From the NCBI GenBank assembly GCA_024400835.1, contig JAKSMC010000010.1:3071-67070 (forward strand): a stretch of DNA of 64,000 nucleotides, given 5' to 3'. Positions 42,253-51,470 of the stretch are shown here, in pieces; position 1 is the stretch's first letter, and every line of letters starts with the position of its first letter. This DNA comes from Bacteroidales bacterium (GTDB taxonomy: Bacteria > Bacteroidota > Bacteroidia > Bacteroidales > WCHB1-69). The notes below the pieces were generated by a model that was not told where the DNA came from, did not search any database, and saw only the letters and a program-made list of their open reading frames with translations. A program made the translations under genes and the position numbers.

Positions 42253-43176
42253 ATGAAAAAACTTTTATTAGCATTAGTCGCGCTGACCTTCCTTTTCAGC
42301 GCCTGTAACAAAGAGGGTGTCTATACCCCGAAAAAGAAACTTTCCGCTGTTTATTATCAAGCAACCGGCAGTGATCAAAAAAAACTTTATGAAGAGTATG
42401 TGTGGAATGGAGACCTGCTGAAAGAGAAATTGTTCTATGCTTCTATCGTAGATGGATATCTTGGCAATTTAGATTTTGTCCCTACATACGAAGGCAAGCG
42501 TGTGGTTCGTGTGGATGAGAAATTATCAGGAGAATATGTGGACTATTTCTATGATGGAAAATTCCTCACCCACTTGACCTATCATTTTGGAGATTGGGTC
42601 TCTGAGGTGGACGTAGAACATAAAGATGGAAAAATATCCAAGATTTCCTTCCACGCCGATACGCTGATGGGCAATGCCGGTGCTGAAAAACTATTAAGTA
42701 AGTTCGTTTCTCAAGACGAAATGAACCATATTAAAAAGATTATGAAACAGAACTCAAAGTACATGGGTGCTGGTGTGGTATCTTTTGACTTGTCATACAC
42801 TTGGAAAGGAGATAATGTGGCTCAAGCAACGATGGATTTATATCAATTGGGAGAATTGGCCCTCAAACAAATTGTGGAGTATCAATATGATGAGATGCTC
42901 AATCCGTATGCAATAACCTGGTCTGATTTCGGTTCGGAGTTCCAACTGGTACAAAATGCCGTCGAACTCAGATTGTTGTCTATGAGCAAGAACAATTTCA
43001 CTCAGTACAAGCGTGAGGAAATATACTATATCGAAGGAGAAGAGGCTTTCCGTCAAGAATATGTAAACAATGTTACATACGAATATGAAGGCAAGTACCC
43101 TGTCAAAGCCGTTCAAAACTATCATTACATAGATGATCCAATTTATGAAGACGTATTCTATTACGAATACAAGTAG
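42253..43176 (+). CDS. Lipoprotein, tandem paralog 1 of 4 (uncharacterised family with YD-repeat-like periodicity)
   Basis: MKKLLLALVALTFLFSACNKEGVYTPKKKLS. The recurring blocks are WNGD, YEGKRVVRVDE, YFYDGKFL, HKDGKISKI, WKGDNV, YQYDEMLNPY and YEYEGKYPVKA. It ends YYEYK. Confidence 0.85.
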   Translation: MKKLLLALVALTFLFSACNKEGVYTPKKKLSAVYYQATGSDQKKLYEEYVWNGDLLKEKLFYASIVDGYLGNLDFVPTYEGKRVVRVDEKLSGEYVDYFYDGKFLTHLTYHFGDWVSEVDVEHKDGKISKISFHADTLMGNAGAEKLLSKFVSQDEMNHIKKIMKQNSKYMGAGVVSFDLSYTWKGDNVAQATMDLYQLGELALKQIVEYQYDEMLNPYAITWSDFGSEFQLVQNAVELRLLSMSKNNFTQYKREEIYYIEGEEAFRQEYVNNVTYEYEGKYPVKAVQNYHYIDDPIYEDVFYYEYK

Positions 43177-43236
43177 TGAACTGTGACCGAAAATGGTCAG
43201 TATTAGATTTTAACACGAAATATAAATAACCTAATT

Positions 43237-44148
43237 ATGAAAAAACTCTTATTAGCATTAGTCGCGCTGGCATTCCTGTTCAGTGCCTGCAACAAAGAGG
43301 GTGTCTATATTCCGAAGAAGAAACTTTCCACCGTTTATTATCAAAAAGCCGGCAGTGAACAAAAAGATCTTTATGAAGAGTTCCTGTGGAACGGCAACAA
43401 GTTGGCGAGCAGAATATCCAAAGGCTCGTTGATTGATATGTATTTCCACGATGTTGAATTGGTCCCCACTTACGAAGGCAAACGTATTGTTCGCGTGGAT
43501 GAAAAGATAGCCGGTGAGTATGTCGATTATTTCTATGATGGGAAACTGCTCACCAAACTTGTTTATCACGCCGGCAATATGACCGCCGAAGCTACTGTTG
43601 AACATAAGGATGGTAAACTCTCTCGTGTCTTTTTCCCAAAAGCTAAAGCAACGGGCGAGGATGTAATTGCAAAATTGATGGGTGTGTTTGTCCCTCAAGA
43701 GCAAATCCAAGATATGTACAAAGTGTTAAAGCAGAATGCCAAATCCCTTTCCGCTGTGGATGCTGAAGTGTTATGGACCTGGGATGGTGACAATGTCGTG
43801 GAGGTCACTTATAACCTTTATAATGAAGATGGAACTCCTGTCACCAATTATGTTGCCAAATTAACACACGACAACAATCTTAATCCGTATGCTATCAGTT
43901 GGGCCGATTTCGGTTCTGAATCCCAAATCAAGCAGCAAAGTTATGGTTGTACCTATTTTACTTTGAGCAAGAACAATATAGTTCGAATTGAGCATACATA
44001 TACAATCAATATGCCAGCTCCGCTTGAATCTTATTATTATCAGTCTGTGGAAGAGATTACATACGAATATGACGGCAAGTATCCTGTCAAGGCCACTCGT
44101 ACGGAAGAAGGAGAGGTTACAGGAACATTTTATTACGAATACAAATAG
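43237..44148 (+). CDS. Lipoprotein, tandem paralog 2 of 4
   Basis: By eye it is nearly 90 percent identical to paralogs 3 and 4, with the same lipobox and the same YYEYK end. Confidence 0.85.
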   Translation: MKKLLLALVALAFLFSACNKEGVYIPKKKLSTVYYQKAGSEQKDLYEEFLWNGNKLASRISKGSLIDMYFHDVELVPTYEGKRIVRVDEKIAGEYVDYFYDGKLLTKLVYHAGNMTAEATVEHKDGKLSRVFFPKAKATGEDVIAKLMGVFVPQEQIQDMYKVLKQNAKSLSAVDAEVLWTWDGDNVVEVTYNLYNEDGTPVTNYVAKLTHDNNLNPYAISWADFGSESQIKQQSYGCTYFTLSKNNIVRIEHTYTINMPAPLESYYYQSVEEITYEYDGKYPVKATRTEEGEVTGTFYYEYK

Positions 44149-44208
44149 TGAACTGTGACCGAAAATAGTCAGCATTAGATTTTAACACAAAATTACAAAA
44201 ACATAATT

Positions 44209-45117
44209 ATGAAAAAACTCTTATTAGCATTAGTCGCGCTGACATTCCTTTTCAGCGCGTGTAACAAAGAGGGTGTCTATACCCCGAAAAAGAAACTTTC
44301 CACCGTTTATTATCAAAAAGCCGGCAGTGAACAAAAAGATCTTTATGAAGAGTATCTGTGGAACGGCAACAAGTTGGCGAGCAGAATATCCAAAGGCTCG
44401 TTGATTAGCCAGTTTTTCCACGATGTTGAATTGGTCCCTACTTACGATGGCAAACGTATCGTTCGCGTGGATGAGAAGATCTCTGGCGAGTATGTCGATT
44501 ATTTTTATGAAGGAAAACTGCTCACCAAACTTGTTTATCACGCCAGCAATATGACCGCCGAAGCTACGGTGGAACATAAGGATGGTAAACCCACTCGTGT
44601 CTTTTTCCCAAAAGCAAAAACAACGAGTGAGGATGTAACCGCAAAATTGATGAGTGTATTTGTCCCTCAAGAGCAAATCCAAGATATGCACAAGGTGTTA
44701 AAGCAGAATTCCAAATCCCTTTCCGCTGTGGATGCTGAAGTGTTATGGACCTGGGATGGTGACAATGTCGTGGAGGTCACTTCTAACCTTTATAATGAAG
44801 ATGGAACTCCTGTCACCAATTATGTTTCCAGATTAACATATGACAACAATTTTAACCCGTATGCTATCAGTTGGGCCGATTTCGGTTCTGAATCCCAAAT
44901 CGTGCAGCAAAGTTATGGTTGTACTTATTTTACTTTGAGCAAGAACAATATTGTTCGAATCGAGCACACGAATACGATTACTATGTCTATTCTGCCTGAA
45001 CCTATAGTTTCTCAGTTTGCCGAAGAAATCACATACGAGTATGACGGCAAGTATCCTGTCAAGGCCACTCGTACGGAAGAAGGAGAGGTTACAGGAACAT
45101 TTTATTACGAATACTAA
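44209..45117 (+). CDS. Lipoprotein, tandem paralog 3 of 4; last codon replaced by the stop of an inserted element
   Basis: It ends YYEY-TAA where the TAA is the first triplet of the insertion. The displaced original end (YYEYQ-TAG) sits at 45510-45530. Confidence 0.85.
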   Translation: MKKLLLALVALTFLFSACNKEGVYTPKKKLSTVYYQKAGSEQKDLYEEYLWNGNKLASRISKGSLISQFFHDVELVPTYDGKRIVRVDEKISGEYVDYFYEGKLLTKLVYHASNMTAEATVEHKDGKPTRVFFPKAKTTSEDVTAKLMSVFVPQEQIQDMHKVLKQNSKSLSAVDAEVLWTWDGDNVVEVTSNLYNEDGTPVTNYVSRLTYDNNFNPYAISWADFGSESQIVQQSYGCTYFTLSKNNIVRIEHTNTITMSILPEPIVSQFAEEITYEYDGKYPVKATRTEEGEVTGTFYYEY

Positions 45118-45512
45118 TGTTGCGATAAATTTTGAAAAAATCTTATAAGTTATTGATATAATATAAAATACAAACATTATTTGATTTTTTGATTTGAAAA
45201 ACACTATTTGTTCATTTCTCAAAGGCGCAAGGTTATTATCATCACACATTAAGCGCAAAAGCAAATTTTGCGCGATCATAAATTCCCCTTCTTTTAGAAG
45301 GGGTGCCCGTAGGGCAGGGTAGTGGCATAAACATCACGGCGAAGCCGTACATTATTATCCGTTATATAAAGGTTGCTTCGCAAACACCCATATCACTACC
45401 CCGGCTTTCAGCCACCCCTTCTAAAAGAAGGGGAATGGGCGCCTCCGTTCGGGCAGGCCCGACGGGAATAGAACAGATATATTGGCATTCGAAATTTATC
45501 GCATCAGTAGTA
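45115..45512. mobile_element. MITE-like non-autonomous insertion (about 0.4 kb) with terminal inverted repeats and flanking direct repeat
   Basis: The TIRs are TGTTGCGATAAATTTTG (45118-45134) and the reverse complement of CGAAATTTATCGCATCA (45490-45506), matching 15/17 (21/24 if extended outward). The flanking direct repeat TATTACGAATAC lies at 45103-45114 and 45513-45524. There is no ORF of transposase size inside. Confidence 0.65.
45283..45435. repeat. 153-bp palindromic element with 42-nt inverted arms, nested in the insertion
   Basis: The left arm is TTCCCCTTCTTTTAGAAGGGGTGCCCGTAGGGCAGGGTAGTG (45283-45324). The right arm (45394-45435) is its imperfect reverse complement. Each arm contains an 8-bp hairpin CCCCTTCT/AGAAGGGG and a 4-bp hairpin (GCCC-gta-GGGC versus GGCT-gaa-AGCC). 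Confidence 0.75.
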
Positions 45513-45589
45513 TATTACGAATACCAATAGTGAACTGTGACCGAAAATGGTCAGTATTAGATTTTACACGAAATATAAATAACCTAATT

Positions 45590-46507
45590 ATGAAAAAACT
45601 CTTATTAGCATTGGTTGCGCTGACCTTCCTTTTCAGTGCCTGTAACAAAGAGGGTGTCTATACTCCGAAAAAGAAACTTTCCGCCGTTTATTATCAAAAA
45701 GCCGGCAGTGAACAAAAAGATCTTTATGAAGAGTATCTGTGGAACGGCAACAAGTTGACGAGCAGAATATCTAAGGGCTCTTTGATCAATCAGTATTTCA
45801 ATGATGTTGAGTTGGTGCCTACTTACGAAGGCAAACGTGTTGTCCGCGTTGATGAAAAGGTGTCTGGTGACTATGTCGATTATTACTATGATGGAAAATT
45901 GCTCACCAAGCTTGTTTATCATTCCGGCAATATGACCGCTGAAGCTACGGTGGAACATAAGGATGGAAAAATATCCCGAGTCTTTTTCCCAAAAGCTAAA
46001 GCAACGGGCGAGGATGTAATGGCAAAATTGATGCGTGTATTTGTCCCTCAAGAGCAAATTCAAGATATGCACAAGGTGTTAAAGCAGAATGCCAAATCCC
46101 TTGCTGCTGTAGATGTTGAAATGTTATGGACCTGGGACGGTGACAATGTTGTGGAGGTTGTTTCTAACCTTTTTGATGAAGAAGATGATGAAATTCCTGT
46201 CACCAATTATGTTTCCAGATTAACACACGACAACAATCTTAACCCGTATGCTATCAGTTGGGCTGATTTCGGCTCTGAATCCCAAATCGCGCAGCAAAGT
46301 TATGGTTGTACATATTTTACTTTGAGCAAGAACAATGTTGTTCGAATTGAGCACACGAATACGATTACTATGTCGTTTCTGCCTGAACCTATTGTTCAAC
46401 AGTTTGTGGAAGAGATTGCATACGAATATGACGGCAAGTATCCTGTTAAGGCCACTCGTACGGAAGATGGAGAAGTTTCCGAAACATTTTATTACGAATA
46501 CAAGTAG
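45590..46507 (+). CDS. Lipoprotein, tandem paralog 4 of 4
   Basis: The ORF-track start at 45482 reads through non-coding sequence. The conserved MKKLLLALVALTFLFSAC begins at ATG 45590. Confidence 0.85.
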   Translation: MKKLLLALVALTFLFSACNKEGVYTPKKKLSAVYYQKAGSEQKDLYEEYLWNGNKLTSRISKGSLINQYFNDVELVPTYEGKRVVRVDEKVSGDYVDYYYDGKLLTKLVYHSGNMTAEATVEHKDGKISRVFFPKAKATGEDVMAKLMRVFVPQEQIQDMHKVLKQNAKSLAAVDVEMLWTWDGDNVVEVVSNLFDEEDDEIPVTNYVSRLTHDNNLNPYAISWADFGSESQIAQQSYGCTYFTLSKNNVVRIEHTNTITMSFLPEPIVQQFVEEIAYEYDGKYPVKATRTEDGEVSETFYYEYK

Positions 46508-46609
46508 TGAACTGTGATTGGTGCTCAGTGACCAGATTTGATAAGTTGCTATACAATAAGATTTACTGAATAAACAAGTCTGTCATTCTGGTCATTTGAC
46601 AATATATCC

Positions 46610-46650
46610 AAAGTCCCGAAGAAACGCATTAGTTCCTTCGGGACTTTTAT
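46610..46650 (+). terminator. Terminator-like hairpin downstream of the tandem lipoprotein array
   Basis: AAAGTCCCGAAG-n14-CTTCGGGACTTT, followed by TATTAT. Confidence 0.6.
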
Positions 46651-46929
46651 TATGATGAATACCATCAGTGCAGTTTGAACAATTCTCCAAATCATCATCT
46701 TCCTACTGTGCGGGAGGTGCGCTGATGGCGGCGAAAATCACTTTTGATACAAATTCTCGAACCTCTTTTTCTGGGATAAGTTTCCAAAGGCGTGCTTTTA
46801 GTTCATTTTGATAGACTTTAACGGAAGGTGTTTTCACCGCGCTACCGGAAAGATACCACGTAAGATGATCTACTAACTTCCAATTTCTGAGAAGTGAATT
46901 CCGCAAATCTACACATTGCCATATTGTCC

Positions 46930-47793
46930 CTATTCTGGCAATGTATCGTAAGGATTGACGTTCCGCCTCGAGTTTTTGAGACTTGCATCGATACTGCCGT
47001 TTACATATTTCCAGTACTTTTTAGGCAGAGACGCATATTCCGAATAGTAAATGTCTTTGAATGCTCCGACGCGCAATAAGACGTTGTTGCCCAATAACAC
47101 GGCATCCTTGTCCAAGACAGAGATTCGTTTGTTGTGAAAACGAGAATATATAAAGAACTCGGGCGTGGCCATCGGCAAATCTATGTCGAAAACATTGGAT
47201 GAAGGACTATTAATATTATAATCCAAGGTCAAATGCGGGATTTCCGCTTGGTCGCTTACCGAATACACCTTCACGGTGTAATACATAAGTTCCTTGGTTG
47301 GCTTGGGTATGGATAGCGTGACATCATCCGTATAATAGGCCTTGATGTTCGGATCGTTTTCAACATACGAGTTGCGTAGGGCTTCCCATTCGGCGGAGTC
47401 GGGCATCAAATACAGGATGACTTGGAAAAAAATCCAATCGTCCTTTATGCGATCTTTGTTGTTTGGATGTGGTATGTGGAAACGGAAGGTAAGACTGTCG
47501 TTGTCGCAGACGGACTCGCGGGCGTGTTGTTCGCGACGATGGTATTGTAAAGATTTATCGGAAAAAAGGTAGTAGCTGCTGGAATCTTTTTCATAGGTGC
47601 CGAAACTTTGCACATTGCCGGGTGTCAGTCGAGGACAGATGTCGCACGGCCAAAGCACATATTTGTAAGTGCCGTCGGCATAAAATGTTATGATTTGATC
47701 GTTTTTTTTATATACCACGCTGTCACCGTGCTGTGCGGAAAGCGTGCAGGCGGTGGCAAAAAGGATGAGCAATAGGGTGCAAAGTCTGTTCAT
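46930..47793 (-). CDS. Hypothetical secreted protein
   Basis: The start is set at MNRLCTLLLILFATACTLSAQ (signal peptide). I recognise no motif. Confidence 0.6.
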   Translation of the reverse strand: MNRLCTLLLILFATACTLSAQHGDSVVYKKNDQIITFYADGTYKYVLWPCDICPRLTPGNVQSFGTYEKDSSSYYLFSDKSLQYHRREQHARESVCDNDSLTFRFHIPHPNNKDRIKDDWIFFQVILYLMPDSAEWEALRNSYVENDPNIKAYYTDDVTLSIPKPTKELMYYTVKVYSVSDQAEIPHLTLDYNINSPSSNVFDIDLPMATPEFFIYSRFHNKRISVLDKDAVLLGNNVLLRVGAFKDIYYSEYASLPKKYWKYVNGSIDASLKNSRRNVNPYDTLPE

Positions 47794-47846
47794 ATTAGGA
47801 TGTTTGAAAAGGGGTGCAATACAAAAAAACATTTCCAAATGCTTTT

Positions 47847-49199
47847 TCATCTCGTCAGTTCTTCATCGACACCGAAGAGTTTGGCGATGGCGAAGGCTTC
47901 CATGGGGACCTCGTCCGCATCGGTTTCCACCAAGGAATAGTCCATGTAGTCGCTGATGTTGCCGACGGTGAGGGCTTGGTTTTCGTGCAGTTGTAGGCCT
48001 TTGACGCGGAGGCGGCGGCAACTGGCGTCAATGCCGCTGTAGTGCGTAGTTACCAATGCGGTGATGCCCAACTTCTGCGTCAGGCGGATGAAGTTGCCGA
48101 CCAATCGTTTGCCCTCCTCGGGGTTCGTGGTGCGGGCAAGCTCGTCCACTAAGGCAAGCACCTTGCTTCCGGCGCGGCCCTGCTTGATAATCTTGTCGAT
48201 GGTGAGGATCTCTACCGCGAAGGAGGATAGGCCGCTGATTTCGGACTGCTTGTCGCCGATGCTGCTGATAACCTCATCCACCACGGCGAGCGTGGCTTGT
48301 GCGGCGGGCACGTAAAAGCCGAATTGGCACAGGTACTGCGCCAAGGCGACGGTCTTGAGCAGCACCGACTTGCCTGCCATGTTGGCACCCGTCACGAGGA
48401 TGGTCTCGCGGTTGAAGCGGATATCCACAGGTTGGAAGGTACGGCCCTTTTCAGACAGGGCGGCGGCCACTTCGGGGTTGAAAAGCCCCAGCAGCTCGGT
48501 GTGGTCCGAGAGGGTGGGACGGCAGGCGTGCCAGTCGATGGCGAGACGCGCTTTGGCTAAGACGAGGTCGAAGTGCGCCAAGGTGTCCAAGTTCCGGCGG
48601 ATGGCGTCCCCGTGGGGCTGGAGTTGTGCTGTGAGTTGTGCGCGAACCTTGTCTTCCACTTTCTGTGCCTGGAATCGGAACTCTTCGGCTTCCTGCACGC
48701 TCTGCGCATTCTGGATGCGCTCGCGCCATTTGGCCAACTCGGGGTCGTAGGCGGCGTAGATGTAGAAGTGCGGAATGTTGGTATGCTCGGGGTCCAATAA
48801 GGAGACTACGGCGTCCATCTCCTCCAAGGGGAAGAAGTCGCAGCCGATGGCACGGAAGTCCTCAGCAATGCGGCGCGTTAGGATGGCCGTCTTCTTGATT
48901 TCGAACAGCTGGATGTCGTCCAAAACCACATCTCCCGAGTGCAAGGCGTCGAGAGTGGGACGGATGTCGTTGATTTGGTGCAGATGGTTGCGTATGTGCT
49001 GCAACTTGGTGCGGCAGTTGTCGTCTTGCACCAAGGCCAATGTCTTCTCCAAGAGGTCGAATTCCTTTTCCAAAAGCGCGGCATCATTGCAGAAAGGCAG
49101 CTCCAACAGGTAGTGACGCCCGAGGTTGGAGGTCAGTTGGAGGTGCTCGTAAACGTAATGGAGCGCGGGAATTGGTTCAAAGGTATGTCTGAAAAGCAT
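47847..49199 (-). CDS. MutS-related ATPase (MutS domain V; MutS2-like without recognisable Smr)
   Basis: Walker A TGANMAGKSVLLKT and Walker B ALVDELARTTNPEEG. Confidence 0.75.
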   Translation of the reverse strand: MLFRHTFEPIPALHYVYEHLQLTSNLGRHYLLELPFCNDAALLEKEFDLLEKTLALVQDDNCRTKLQHIRNHLHQINDIRPTLDALHSGDVVLDDIQLFEIKKTAILTRRIAEDFRAIGCDFFPLEEMDAVVSLLDPEHTNIPHFYIYAAYDPELAKWRERIQNAQSVQEAEEFRFQAQKVEDKVRAQLTAQLQPHGDAIRRNLDTLAHFDLVLAKARLAIDWHACRPTLSDHTELLGLFNPEVAAALSEKGRTFQPVDIRFNRETILVTGANMAGKSVLLKTVALAQYLCQFGFYVPAAQATLAVVDEVISSIGDKQSEISGLSSFAVEILTIDKIIKQGRAGSKVLALVDELARTTNPEEGKRLVGNFIRLTQKLGITALVTTHYSGIDASCRRLRVKGLQLHENQALTVGNISDYMDYSLVETDADEVPMEAFAIAKLFGVDEELTR

Positions 49200-49222
49200 A
49201 ATCGGAGTTTAAAGGATTAAGG

Positions 49223-50542
49223 CTAAGCTCTTTTAAGCCAGCGGAATATTTCGCGCCAGCTGTTTTTCTTGCCGTACATAAGGATGCCGACGCGGTAGAT
49301 TTTGGCGGCGGCCCAGATGCAGAACAGCAGGAAGAGCACGGCTACTCCCATAGAGGTGAGCAACTGCCAGATCGGCACGCCTGCCGGAAGTCGCACCATC
49401 ATGATGATGGGGGAGGTGAGTGGTATCATCGAAAACCAGAAGGCTAATTGCCCGTTCGGGTTGGTGGATATCGAAGGTATCAGGATGATGGACAAAATCA
49501 ACGGGATGGTCACCGGCATGGTGTACTGCTGGGAGTCGCTTTCGCTGTCGACGACAGAGCCGGTGGCTGCATAGAGGGTTGCGTAGATGAGGTATCCGAC
49601 TACGAAAAAGAAGAAGAAGCAGAGTATGATTTCCGTGAAGGATATCGGGAAGTAGTTGTTGATTTGCTGGAAGATGCTGAGGCCTTGGACTTGGCCGGTG
49701 GCGGAAGCGCCTTCGGCAACGATTTCGGTGGCTTCGGAGCCGCTTAACAAGTCGGGAGCGGCGAGCCCCACGGCGGATACGATGCCCACCGTAAGCACTA
49801 CCCAGATGAGGAACTGCGTGATGCCCACCAATGCGATGCCCACGATTTTGCCCGTCAGCAGCTGGATGGGTTTGACGGAGGAGATGAGCACCTCCACAAT
49901 GCGGTTGCTCTTCTCTTCCAAAACACCGCGCAACACTTGGCTGGCAAAGATGATGATGATGAAGTAGATGAAGAATCCGCACATCATGCCGATGATTTCG
50001 TTCATCTCGGCAATGTTCTCGCGCTCTTTGCCTTCGTCGTCAACTTGGATGGTGGTGATGTCGGACTTGGTGAGTTCCTGCAACTTTTCGAACCGGGCGG
50101 GCTGGATGTTGAAGGAGTCTTGCAACATACGGTCGAAGAAGATTTCGTCCATCTGGCTCTCTAAGTTGGATTGCAGTCCGGAGGGCAGGTCTTTGCGGTA
50201 ATATAGATTTGATTTGAGGCCTTGGCTGTTATTCAGGATGTGGAATACGCAGTCATATTTTTCATTGTCGAAAGCATCCTTTTTCAAGAAGTCGATATCG
50301 CCGGAAGAGTAACTGAATGTTGTGTTGTCGGTGTTTTCAAAGGAGTTGATGAACAATTCGGTATCATCCACCACTAAGACGTTAGCGTGTTGGCCTTTTT
50401 CGCTGTGCATGACGAGGAGCACGGGTAGGACGATGATGGCTGCGATGAGAATCGGCAGCAGGATGGTGAGGATGATGAATGACTTCTTGCGCACACGGGT
50501 GGTGTACTCGCGGGCTATGATGAGGAATGTGTTATTTTTCAT
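49223..50542 (-). CDS. ABC-2 type transporter permease (NatB-like)
   Basis: An N-terminal TM helix is followed by a large extracytoplasmic loop and then 5 C-terminal TM segments. ATG 50542 overlaps the ATPase gene end by 11 nt. Confidence 0.8.
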   Translation of the reverse strand: MKNNTFLIIAREYTTRVRKKSFIILTILLPILIAAIIVLPVLLVMHSEKGQHANVLVVDDTELFINSFENTDNTTFSYSSGDIDFLKKDAFDNEKYDCVFHILNNSQGLKSNLYYRKDLPSGLQSNLESQMDEIFFDRMLQDSFNIQPARFEKLQELTKSDITTIQVDDEGKERENIAEMNEIIGMMCGFFIYFIIIIFASQVLRGVLEEKSNRIVEVLISSVKPIQLLTGKIVGIALVGITQFLIWVVLTVGIVSAVGLAAPDLLSGSEATEIVAEGASATGQVQGLSIFQQINNYFPISFTEIILCFFFFFVVGYLIYATLYAATGSVVDSESDSQQYTMPVTIPLILSIILIPSISTNPNGQLAFWFSMIPLTSPIIMMVRLPAGVPIWQLLTSMGVAVLFLLFCIWAAAKIYRVGILMYGKKNSWREIFRWLKRA

Positions 50543-51470
50543 GGCGATGCTCTTTATTGAAAGTTTCAACTTGTTCGATGAAGATTTCGTTCATGGAAGG
50601 AAGCACTTCGCGGAAGGCTGTGATGTTGGCAAACGGCATGACGGCCCCTAAGAGGTCATTGGCCTGCAGGTCGGCGGCGATGCGGATGTCATACTGCGTG
50701 GAGTGCGACAGCGTGCGTTGCTCTAACAATTCGAAATTGTTCTTGATGAGGCTGTTGAGCGCTAAGTTCTCTTCTTGGACTTCGATGCTGTAGATGTTCT
50801 TCTTGAACTGCATCTTGATGTCGTAGATGTTGCCTTCCAAGATTTTCTGAGATTGGTTGATGAGGGCGATTTCATCGCAGATTTCCTCTACAGATGCCAT
50901 GTTGTGCGTGGAGAGAATGATGGTTGTGCCCTCCTGCTTGAGTTTCAGAATCTCTTCTTTCAGCAAGTTGGCGTTGATGGGGTCGAAACCGCTGAACGGC
51001 TCGTCTAAGATCAGGAACGAAGGCCTGTGCAGGATGGTGGTGATGAACTGCAGTTTCTGCTGCATACCTTTGGAGAGCTCTTCCACGGGGCGGTTCCACC
51101 AGTCTAGGATGTCGTACTGTTTGAACTTGACGCGCAACCGCTCGTAGGCCGTCTTGCGGTCGAGACCCTTGAGCTGGGCAAGATACATGGCCTGCTCGCC
51201 GGCTTTCATCTTCTTATACAGCCCGCGCTCTTCTGGAAGATATCCGATTTGTCGGACGTCTTCTGCCTTGATCGGTTGACCTTTGAAAAGGACTGTTCCG
51301 GAATCCGGGAATGTGATCTGGTTCAGAATGCGGATAAGCGTGGTCTTGCCCGCGCCGTTAGGACCGAGCAAACCGAAAATGACTCCCTCCTTGACGGAAA
51401 GGGAGACATTGTCCAAAGCCACGTGGTTGGAAAACCGCTTGGTGATGTCTTGAACTTCTATTATGTTCAT
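50532..51470 (-). CDS. ABC transporter ATP-binding protein (NatA-like)
   Basis: Walker A GLLGPNGAGKTT, signature LSKGMQQK and Walker B FLILDEPFSGFD. Confidence 0.9.
   Translation of the reverse strand: MNIIEVQDITKRFSNHVALDNVSLSVKEGVIFGLLGPNGAGKTTLIRILNQITFPDSGTVLFKGQPIKAEDVRQIGYLPEERGLYKKMKAGEQAMYLAQLKGLDRKTAYERLRVKFKQYDILDWWNRPVEELSKGMQQKLQFITTILHRPSFLILDEPFSGFDPINANLLKEEILKLKQEGTTIILSTHNMASVEEICDEIALINQSQKILEGNIYDIKMQFKKNIYSIEVQEENLALNSLIKNNFELLEQRTLSHSTQYDIRIAADLQANDLLGAVMPFANITAFREVLPSMNEIFIEQVETFNKEHRHEK

Noticed and set aside
45303-45530. The 75-aa ORF in the paralog 3/4 spacer, and the N-terminal extension of paralog 4 (45482..45589).
   Set aside because: Both read through the palindromic repeat and the displaced YYEYQ gene end. 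The conserved lipoprotein start is at 45590.
46703-46906. A 67-aa minus-strand ORF (MRNSLLRNWKLVDHLTWYLSG...) in the 420-nt gap after the lipoprotein array.
   Set aside because: It has no recognisable motif, no promoter box and no signal peptide. It could be a gene fragment, but I cannot support a call.
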